This document shows positions 57,601-64,000 of a stretch of 64,000 nt of DNA, one piece after another. The stretch comes from an uncultured Smithella sp. GTDB taxonomy: Bacteria; Desulfobacterota; Syntrophia; Syntrophales; Smithellaceae. Every line of letters starts with the position of its first letter. The first letter of the stretch is position 1. Below the pieces are notes generated by a model that worked only from the letters and a program-made list of their open reading frames with translations, did not search any database and was not told the DNA's origin. Location: NCBI GenBank assembly GCA_964491435.1, contig CAZBGE010000003.1:3644-67643 (forward strand), written 5' to 3'. The position numbers were made by a program, and so were the translations under genes.

Positions 57601-58238
57601 GATAAGCAATCAAAGCGGCGCATGGATTCAACCTCGTCGCCAGCCATTTCCAGACGCAGCGGTTTTAGCTCCGTGGGCGGGAAAATATCCAGAATGTTGC
57701 CGCGGAGGCTGAATTCGCCAGGGTTTTCCACAAGCGAAACCCGCTGATAGCCGCCGGCCAGAAGTCTGGCGGGAAATTCCTCCATCAGGAGAATATCCCC
57801 CGTCGAGATAATTTTCAGGTATTGATTAAATTCGGCAAACGGCATGATTTTCTGACGGCAGGCCGAAAGGCAGGTGACGATAATTTTGCGGCTGTCCACC
57901 TGCAGCCGGGTCAGCACATTCAGCCGGGCCAGTTCTTCCTCCCGCTGGAGGGCGAACATGTCGATGGAAAGAAAATCCAGCGGCGGGTAGTGCAGGATTG
58001 CATCTTCATCCAGAAAGAGCGTCAGATCGCTGACAAACAAGGCTGCTTCTTTGGGTGTCGGGCAAATAACCGTGAGAGGCGCGGCCAGCCGGTCAAACAA
58101 AAGCGCCGCCGTAAGCGGACGGGACGCGCCTGCCAGCCCGTGCACGTCGATGACCGGTGTCTTTTTTTCAATTAAATCCAGAAGGTATTTGACGGGCAGG
58201 GCTTCTTGCCGGATTTTTTTATCAATAATTTTTCTCAA
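54687..58238 (-). CDS. mfd: Transcription-repair coupling factor
   Basis: 1183 aa. UvrB-homology N-terminus, CarD/RID domain (DFVVHTDFGIGVY), SF2 helicase motifs (GDAGFGKTEVA, DEEQRFG) and a TRCF C-terminal domain. Confidence 0.95.
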   Translation of the reverse strand: MRKIIDKKIRQEALPVKYLLDLIEKKTPVIDVHGLAGASRPLTAALLFDRLAAPLTVICPTPKEAALFVSDLTLFLDEDAILHYPPLDFLSIDMFALQREEELARLNVLTRLQVDSRKIIVTCLSACRQKIMPFAEFNQYLKIISTGDILLMEEFPARLLAGGYQRVSLVENPGEFSLRGNILDIFPPTELKPLRLEMAGDEVESMRRFDCLSQRSGLAVDAFVLGPAGEILIDEARLQIAVRNVKRRADDLDLPRDLRSRLVETLRQQSATSVNPIFLPLFYEDYDVADGALRQKLSSLFDYLPQNSLFVFNDPPAINQAAQNAAANIDKLLYKAKAGGKFYLENAGVYLDEEALHARLAAFQQIRFSGLTLDGGSTPAPCVTLAAARNKVTAETAAGEVKEEALLRKTADGIKHWLAQGMQVFLISPTPEDAARMKHLLAGYDLPAQILPADNHLLQTIDHPDDAASLLLQEGKLSGGFVFETMGLAFFSEEDIFVKKTRRRLRPPREGYFLKSFGDLTEGDFVVHTDFGIGVYRGLQKITVGAIENDFLLIEYLDADKLYLPVNSLEKIQRYLGPDGCAPKIDKMGGTSWNAVKERVKKSVRDVAEELVAIYATREAMERKSFAPPDRVYEEFCSTFAFEETPDQLKAIEDIHADMDDAKPMDRLICGDAGFGKTEVALRAAFRAVMDGRQAALLAPTTILAEQHHATFSQRLGDFPVRVEALNRFKSSADIKKTLADLRLGKVDIVVGTHRLLQKDVEFKDLGLVIIDEEQRFGVSHKEKLKKMRALVDVLTLSATPIPRTLHLSLVGIRDLSIINTPPEERQPIKTYVLEFDEDTIKSAVESELARAGQVFFVHDRVRSIYSIARLVQRLAPQARVGVVHGQMKPAEIEKAMSQFIRREMDVLVCTTIIGSGLDIPSANTIIINRADRFGLAQLYQIRGRVGRGNQEACAYLLLPKGALLSRDALRRLQSIKEFSEPGSGFRIAYNDLEIRGGGNLLGLSQAGHISAVGYELYTELMEKTVREIQGNAAPVEEAPPEIQMGISAFLPEDYVQDVHQRLMLYKRISLAATPEDLQEIRNELADCYGPPPQTADNLLRVIGIRNYLTPLKAKKMGYDGKYFYLFFRETSPIDPGKIIAISRKKIKGLRFTPDFRLFLPAAAATAPEILDQAEHLLKMLAQ

Positions 58239-58270
58239 GGGGCGCCATCCAAATGAATAAAACAGCCGGA

Positions 58271-59176
58271 TTATGAAATCGCCAGCATTTTATCGAGAGC
58301 CTTTTTGGCGGCCAGGCTCACCTCTTGAGAAACGGTGATCACCGGCTGCATGGCCGTTAGCGATTGTTCGATATTATCCAGCGTGATTTTTTTCATGTCC
58401 GCGCAGAAAAGGGCGGGGGAGGCAAGAATAAAGGTTTTCTCCGGATGGTGTTTTTTCAGCCGGGCCAGGATGCCTTCTTCGGTGCCGATAATGATTTCCT
58501 TTACGTTCGATTCACGGATGAACTGAAGGATCGCCGAGGTGCTGCCGACAAAATCGGCCAGCGCCAGCACTTCGGAACGGCATTCCGGGTGCGCGGCAAA
58601 CAGCGCCCGCGGGTATTCCCGCTTGCGCGCCGCGACATCCTCAGCGGTCAGCGCCTGATGGATCGGACAGCAGCCTTCCCACGCGATGATTTCTTTGCCG
58701 GTGACGGAGGAGACATGTCTTGCCAGATTGCCGTCGGGCAGCATGACGACTTTCCGTTCCGGAGGCAATGATTGAATGATTTTCAGCGCATTGGATGAGG
58801 TGCAGCAGATGTCGCAGGCGGCTTTCACTTCCGCGGTGGAATTGATGTAGGTGACAAAAAGAGCCTCCGGTTGTTCCTGTCTCATTTTTTTGACCGCGTC
58901 CGGGCTGGCCATGTCGGCCAGTGGACAGCCGGCGTCCAGCCGGGGCAGCAGGACGGTTTTTTGAGGCGAGAGCACGGCCGCGCTTTGCGCCATGAAGTGC
59001 ACGCCCGCAAAGACGATGACCTGCGCCTCGGATTTCGCCGCCGCCTGGGCCAGCGCCAGCGAGTCGCCAAGCACGTCGGCGATTTCCTGAATTTCGGGTC
59101 TGACGTAGTAATGAGCCAGTAAAATCCCCTGTTTGCCGGACAGCATGTGCCGGATTTTTTTCTGCTGGAAATTCAT
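58271..59176 (-). CDS. nadA: Quinolinate synthase
   Basis: 301 aa, NadA family (ILLAHYYVRPEIQEIAD, VHFMAQSA, conserved Cys residues for the 4Fe-4S cluster). Confidence 0.93.
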   Translation of the reverse strand: MNFQQKKIRHMLSGKQGILLAHYYVRPEIQEIADVLGDSLALAQAAAKSEAQVIVFAGVHFMAQSAAVLSPQKTVLLPRLDAGCPLADMASPDAVKKMRQEQPEALFVTYINSTAEVKAACDICCTSSNALKIIQSLPPERKVVMLPDGNLARHVSSVTGKEIIAWEGCCPIHQALTAEDVAARKREYPRALFAAHPECRSEVLALADFVGSTSAILQFIRESNVKEIIIGTEEGILARLKKHHPEKTFILASPALFCADMKKITLDNIEQSLTAMQPVITVSQEVSLAAKKALDKMLAIS

Positions 59177-59316
59177 AAACCGTATCCTTCCATAATTTGC
59201 AGTCTTCCTAGCGCAAATATTTATTTAGTTCAAGAGGGAAAGGGCCGCCGTTTGATGCGCCATGAAGGAAATGCTTCCATTGTCGGCAATTTCATCCGGT
59301 TCAATAAAAAGCCCCT

Positions 59317-59352
59317 TTTTGAAGGAACAAAAAGGGGCTTTTGTTTAAGTTG
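59317..59352 (-). terminator. Rho-independent terminator downstream of the thiolase gene (potentially bidirectional)
   Basis: Perfect 13-bp stem AAAAGCCCCTTTT / AAAAGGGGCTTTT with a 10-nt loop. The stem-loop is followed by a T-run in both orientations. It lies 24 nt past the thiolase stop. Confidence 0.78.
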
Positions 59353-59375
59353 AACGCCTGCTTAAAGTTGGAAAA

Positions 59376-60629
59376 TTAGAGAATTTCAATCGCCGTGGCC
59401 AGGGATACGCCACCGCCGCCGCAGATGGTGGCCAGACCGAGGGTCTTGCCGCGTTTTTTCATGGCATGAATCAGCGTGACCATGATGCGGCTGCCGGTGG
59501 AGCCGACCGGGTGTCCCAGACCGATGCCCGATCCGTTGACATTGGTGATTTCGCGCTTCAATCCCAGCTCTTTTTCGCAGCCGAGGTACTGACCGGCAAA
59601 TGCCTCATTAAGTTCAATCAGCTCAAAAGCATCCATCGAAAGCCCCGGATCTCTCTTGAACAGATCCTTGACGGCCGGAACCGGGCTCAAGCCCATCACG
59701 GAAGGATGGCAGGCACCATATCCGGCGGACCTGATTCTGGCAATCGGCTTCAAACCAAGTTCTTTGGCTTTTTCCGCCGACATGATGATCATGGCGGATG
59801 CGCCGTCGTTCAGTCCCGAAGCGTTGCCTGCCGTGACTTTGCCGGTTTTGGGGATGAAGGCCGGCGGCAGGGCCTGCAGCTGCTCCATGGTCATACCGGG
59901 ACGGAAGTGTTCGTCTTTGTCGAAAACCAGGGGCGGTTTGCCTTTTTTCTGGGGAATTTCCACCGGGACGATTTCGTCTTTGAAATCACCTTCTTTGGTG
60001 GCGCGCTCGACATTGTTATGGCTGCGCAGGGCCACTTCATCCATTTCCTCGCGGCTGATGTTCAAAAGCTGGGCAATCATTTCCGCGGTGTGACCCATGA
60101 TATAAGGCTTGCCCTTCAGGCTTTCAAAAGGCTGGCCGGATTTGAGGGGACCGTCGTCGGACAGGGGGATGACGTGCGAGCCGCAATGCAGGCCGCGGAT
60201 CATTGAATCGATGAAAACATTGTCCTGAAGGCGGCAGCCCCAGCGAGCGTCAAAATTGACATAGGGCGTGTTGGACATGCTCTCCACGCCGCCGGCCAGA
60301 ATCACGTCGGCCATTCCGGCTTTGATCATGGCCACACCGCTGACGACGGCCTCCATGCCGGAAATGCACACGCGGTTCATCGTCACGGCGGGTACGCTGT
60401 CCGGAATGCCGGCCAGCAGAGCGCCTACGCGGGCGGTGTTCAGGGTATTGCAGGATTCCAGACAGCAGCCGAATCTGACATCATTAATAATGGCCGGATC
60501 GATGCCGGCGCGCTTCACGGCCTCTTTCATAACGACCGCGGCAAGCTTTGCGCCGATGACGCTCTTTAACGATCCTCCAAATGTTCCGATAGCCGTTCTG
60601 CATGCTGAAACAATAACTACATCTTTCAT
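59376..60629 (-). CDS. Acetyl-CoA C-acetyltransferase (thiolase II family)
   Basis: VVIVSACRTAIGTFGG, active-site Cys context NRVCISGMEA, and C-terminal GLATICGGGG. The start at ATG 60629 has a GGAG RBS. Confidence 0.92.
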   Translation of the reverse strand: MKDVVIVSACRTAIGTFGGSLKSVIGAKLAAVVMKEAVKRAGIDPAIINDVRFGCCLESCNTLNTARVGALLAGIPDSVPAVTMNRVCISGMEAVVSGVAMIKAGMADVILAGGVESMSNTPYVNFDARWGCRLQDNVFIDSMIRGLHCGSHVIPLSDDGPLKSGQPFESLKGKPYIMGHTAEMIAQLLNISREEMDEVALRSHNNVERATKEGDFKDEIVPVEIPQKKGKPPLVFDKDEHFRPGMTMEQLQALPPAFIPKTGKVTAGNASGLNDGASAMIIMSAEKAKELGLKPIARIRSAGYGACHPSVMGLSPVPAVKDLFKRDPGLSMDAFELIELNEAFAGQYLGCEKELGLKREITNVNGSGIGLGHPVGSTGSRIMVTLIHAMKKRGKTLGLATICGGGGVSLATAIEIL

Positions 60630-60653
60630 AAAATCTCCTTTCATTATCTAAAT

Positions 60654-60687
60654 CTTAATCGGAGAAACATGGTTCTCCGGCATTAAG
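60654..60687. promoter_or_regulatory. Imperfect 13-bp-arm palindrome/hairpin in the thiolase 5' leader
   Basis: The sequence cttaat-cggagaa-acatgg-ttctccg-gc-attaag, read directly, lies 25-58 nt upstream of the thiolase ATG. Confidence 0.25.
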
Positions 60688-60906
60688 TCAAATCATCTGC
60701 GGATTTTCCGTTTCCGCCTTACGGCGCAGTTCTCCATACAAAACATACGGGTGTATGTCAATTACAGAATGCTGATAGTTTCCGATTGAACCGTGGACCT
60801 GAACTTGCTATAAGCGCGAAGTCCCGCGCGTCCAAATAATCATGGAAAGACGCCTGGTTTCATCCAGGCCATTGAAAAACAAAAAATGCCGGGACAAGGG
60901 AATCCG

Positions 60907-62136
60907 ATGAAACTTCTCCATACTTCCGACTGGCATATTGGCCGCGCTCTTTACGGGCGCAAGCGCTATGAGGAATTTGACGCTTTCCTGAACTGGCTGG
61001 CGGACCTGATTGAGCGGGAGGATATTGATGTCCTTCTGGTGGCGGGTGATGTGTTTGACGGCAGTACGCCCAGCAACCGCGCGCAGGAGCTTTATTACCG
61101 GTTTTTATGCCGGGTGGCGGCTTCTTCAAACCGCCATATTGTTGTCACCGCCGGGAATCACGATTCGCCGTCATTTTTAAATGCTCCGAAGGAACTCTTG
61201 AAATTTCTCAATATCCATGTTGTCGGTTATGCGACTGAGCAGCCGGAAGAGGAAGTCATTGTTCTTGCCGGCGCCGACGGCGATCCCTGTTTGATTGTAT
61301 GCGCGATTCCGTATCTTCGGGACCGCGATATCCGCACCGCCGAGGCCGGGGAAAGCATCGAAGACAAGGAAAGAAAAATCCTTGAAGGGATTAAAGAACA
61401 TTACTGTCAGGTATGCGAAGCGGCCCTGCAAAAGCGGACGACGCTTGAAAAAACCATTCCGATTGTTGCGATGGGCCATTTGTTTGCCGCGGGCGGCCAA
61501 ACGGTAGAAGGCGACGGCACACGCGAGCTTTACATCGGGTCGCTTGCTCAGGTTCGAAAAGACGTTTTTCCGGACGATATTGATTACGTGGCGCTTGGGC
61601 ATTTGCATGTTCCTCAGCGTGTTGGCGGCTCGGATGTTGTCCGCTATTCGGGTTCGCCTTTACCGATTGGTTTTGGCGAGGCAAGCCAGGAGAAGGATGT
61701 TATTCTGGTGGAATTTTTGGATCGGCAACCGGAAGTTACAAGTGTTGTCGTTCCCCGGTTTCAGGAACTCAAAACATTGCGCGGCGACTGGCCGACGCTG
61801 GCCCGGACTCTCGATGAGTTGAAATTGCAGAAATGCAGAGCCTGGCTGGAAATAATCTACGAAGGCGATGAAGTTGCCGCCAGCCTTCAGGAGCGATTGA
61901 CGGAAGCGACCACGGGAACTGGCCTGGAAATTCTGCGCACCAAGAACAACCGCATTGTCGAAAAAGCGCTGCGTTCGAAAGAAGCGGAAGAAACACTCGA
62001 CGATTTGGATGCCACGGATGTCTTTATGCGCTGTCTAGATGCGCATAATGTTCCGGAAGAGCAGCGGGCGGGGTTGCTCGATACGTATCGGGAAGTGCTG
62101 GCGGCGCTGAACGAGGCCGATCCGCTGGCTGATTAG
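60907..62136 (+). CDS. sbcD: Exonuclease SbcCD, nuclease subunit D
   Basis: Mre11-type phosphoesterase motifs (LLHTSDWHIG, VAGDVFD, VTAGNHD, GHLH). Start at ATG 60907. Confidence 0.9.
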   Translation: MKLLHTSDWHIGRALYGRKRYEEFDAFLNWLADLIEREDIDVLLVAGDVFDGSTPSNRAQELYYRFLCRVAASSNRHIVVTAGNHDSPSFLNAPKELLKFLNIHVVGYATEQPEEEVIVLAGADGDPCLIVCAIPYLRDRDIRTAEAGESIEDKERKILEGIKEHYCQVCEAALQKRTTLEKTIPIVAMGHLFAAGGQTVEGDGTRELYIGSLAQVRKDVFPDDIDYVALGHLHVPQRVGGSDVVRYSGSPLPIGFGEASQEKDVILVEFLDRQPEVTSVVVPRFQELKTLRGDWPTLARTLDELKLQKCRAWLEIIYEGDEVAASLQERLTEATTGTGLEILRTKNNRIVEKALRSKEAEETLDDLDATDVFMRCLDAHNVPEEQRAGLLDTYREVLAALNEADPLAD

Positions 62137-62143
62137 GAGATAT

Positions 62144-64000
62144 ATGAGGATCCTGGGCGTTCGCTTTCAAAATCTCAATTCGCTTGCCGGAGAATGGCAA
62201 ATCGATTTGACTCATCCCGATTATACATCCAACGGTATCTTTGCGATTACCGGCCCCACCGGATCGGGAAAGACGACGATTCTGGACGCCATCAGTCTCG
62301 GGCTGTATGGCCGGACGCCGCGTCTGGACAAGGTGACCAAAACCACCAATGAGATCATGTCGCGACAGGCCGGTGGTTGCTTTGCCGAAGTGACGTTTGA
62401 GACGCAACGGGGCCGCTTCCGCTGCCACTGGAGCCAGCATCGGTCCAGAAAAAAACCGGATGGGGAATTGCAACCCGCAAAGCATGAAATCGCGGACGTC
62501 CAGACCGGCGAAATTCTGGAAAATAAATTGAATGCGGTGGCCGGAGTTGTCGAGAATGTCACGGGAATGGATTTTGACCGCTTCACCCGGTCAATGCTGC
62601 TTGCTCAGGGAGGCTTTGCGGCATTTCTTTCGGCATCCCCCGATAAGCGCGCGCCGATTCTGGAGCAGATCACCGGAACGGAAATTTACAGCAACATTTC
62701 GATCAAAGTCCACGAGCGCAGCCGTGAAGAATCGGAAAAACTCGATTTGTTGCAGGCCGAACTCCAGGGAGTAAAGATTTTAACGGACGAGGAAGAAACG
62801 CGGATTCAAACCGGTCTTCAGGAAAAACAATCCCGTGAAAACGGCATGACGGAGATGTTGAATGGTTTGAGGCGGGCGCTGGCCTGGATGGAAGGCATAG
62901 CCTTGCTTGAGAAGGAACTTGCCGTTCTGGAGAGCAAGGCGCAGGAATGGGAGCGCCGCCATCTTGCATTTGAGCCCGAAGCGATTAAACTGGATAAAGC
63001 CCGCCGGTCGTTTTTGCTGGAAGGAGCTTACAAGGAAGTTGCCGCATTTCGCCGCCATCAGGAAACGGATGCGGACGCTTTGGAAAAGACAAAGGCGCTT
63101 TTGCCGGATAAAGAAAAAGGAATGGCGGATGCCGGAGCAGCAAGAGATCAGGCGGCGCAACTTCTTCAGGAGAGTAAGACCAGACAGGCGGCGGAAGCTG
63201 AGACGCTTAAAAAAGTGCGCGAACTCGATGCCCGTCTGGCTGAGAAGAAAAAGCAGATCGATGAGGCGGACAAGGCGCTGGCCGGTATGGGCAGGCAGGT
63301 GAAAAGTTTTCAAGATGGCATCGGGAAAACCAATCTGGCTTTGAAGCAATCGCAGGAAGATCTGGAAACCGTTTGTGTTTATCTGACAGGGCATGCTGCG
63401 GACGAGGCGCTGACCGTTCATCTTTCCGGCATTATGAAATCCTTTGCAGCGCTTGGCGACACTGAATTCAAGTATGGAAAGATCGGCAAGGATTTAACAG
63501 CCGTTGCCGGAAAAAAAGAAAAAGCCACCGCCGCCTTGAAGAAAATCAAGGTTGATCATGAAAAAAGCCGCGCAGACTTCGAAAAGAAACAAACGGTGTT
63601 GGCAGCGCTGGCAAACGATGTTCAAGTCATTCTCAAAGGCCGCGAACCCGCCCGGTGGCGAAGCGATCTTGATGCCCTCCGGGAACGAAGCAGGCTGTTG
63701 CTTCAAGTCAGTGAACGTCTTGCTCAAATCGACGCCCACCGGAAAACTCTGGAGGGTCTGAGCAGTGAACTCAAAACATTTCAGACCGAACGCGAACGGA
63801 TGCTGACTGATGTCAAAGAAGCTGCTCTGCGGAAGGCAGCTCTCGAAAAAGACGCAGAAAATATGGAAACGCAGGTTGCGTTGCTTGCCCGCATCCGGGC
63901 GCTGGAAGAGGAAAGAAAGTGTCTGGAGGATGGCAAGCCCTGCCCGTTGTGCGGATCGACCGATCACCCATTTGCCCGGGGGAATGTTCCGGAACTAAAC
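62144..64000 (+). CDS. sbcC: Exonuclease SbcCD, ATPase subunit C (3' partial, continues past the window end)
   Basis: This ORF is absent from the ORF track because there is no stop codon in the window. I translated from ATG 62144: MRILGVRFQNLNSLAGEWQIDL...ITGPTGSGKTTILDAISLGLYG (Walker A). A long coiled coil follows, then the Rad50/SbcC zinc hook C-P-L-C at 63941-63952. I checked the frame by eye as open from about 63000 to 64000. Confidence 0.88.
   Translation, partial: MRILGVRFQNLNSLAGEWQIDLTHPDYTSNGIFAITGPTGSGKTTILDAISLGLYGRTPRLDKVTKTTNEIMSRQAGGCFAEVTFETQRGRFRCHWSQHRSRKKPDGELQPAKHEIADVQTGEILENKLNAVAGVVENVTGMDFDRFTRSMLLAQGGFAAFLSASPDKRAPILEQITGTEIYSNISIKVHERSREESEKLDLLQAELQGVKILTDEEETRIQTGLQEKQSRENGMTEMLNGLRRALAWMEGIALLEKELAVLESKAQEWERRHLAFEPEAIKLDKARRSFLLEGAYKEVAAFRRHQETDADALEKTKALLPDKEKGMADAGAARDQAAQLLQESKTRQAAEAETLKKVRELDARLAEKKKQIDEADKALAGMGRQVKSFQDGIGKTNLALKQSQEDLETVCVYLTGHAADEALTVHLSGIMKSFAALGDTEFKYGKIGKDLTAVAGKKEKATAALKKIKVDHEKSRADFEKKQTVLAALANDVQVILKGREPARWRSDLDALRERSRLLLQVSERLAQIDAHRKTLEGLSSELKTFQTERERMLTDVKEAALRKAALEKDAENMETQVALLARIRALEEERKCLEDGKPCPLCGSTDHPFARGNVPELN

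Overview
This is a 64-kb bacterial chromosomal window with dense coding and mid-range G+C. The gene content looks like an anaerobic Desulfobacterota/Deltaproteobacteria-type organism (IorAB, an FrhB-like Fe-S protein, a PflX-type radical SAM enzyme, sigma-54 regulation). That taxonomic guess is inference only. I saw no rRNA, tRNA, CRISPR array, transposase or integrase.

Housekeeping genes:
- gdhA, moaC, comM/yifB, ilvE, lolA-like, proA-nadD
- uvrA, two parvulin/SurA-like PPIases, mfd, nadA
- a thiolase, sbcD, and sbcC (3' partial, no stop codon before position 64000)

The main feature is a co-directional minus-strand block of 16 tightly packed genes (23140-44009). In transcription order it encodes:
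- a receiver-like protein and a STAS protein
- a complete Che core: CheY, CheA, MCP, CheW, CheR, CheD, CheB
- a single-domain receiver, an Hpt-containing hybrid kinase, a second receiver, and a second hybrid kinase
- a stand-alone FIST protein
- a 1553-aa protein with multiple PAS domains, a PP2C phosphatase domain and an RsbW-like kinase domain
- a canonical STAS protein

No motility gene or sigma factor lies in the window. I read this as a chemosensory pathway wired to a phosphorelay and a partner-switching output.

Immediately upstream is a sigma-54 module:
- an NtrC-type activator flanked by two near-identical candidate sigma-54 promoters
- one promoter precedes a small Cys-rich ORF
- the other precedes a 627-aa coiled-coil protein with MCP-tip-like segments and a CheZ-like DxxxQ motif
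- that protein converges on an HD-GYP response regulator

Other points of interest:
- a bacterial NrpR-like regulator directly upstream of gdhA, with palindromes in both promoter regions
- a putative 2-oxoacid/hydroxy-acid catabolic island (BASS transporter fusion, DapA-like, FrhB-like, IorAB, IlvD-like, IclR)

All functional calls come from reading the translated ORFs by eye. No database search was run.
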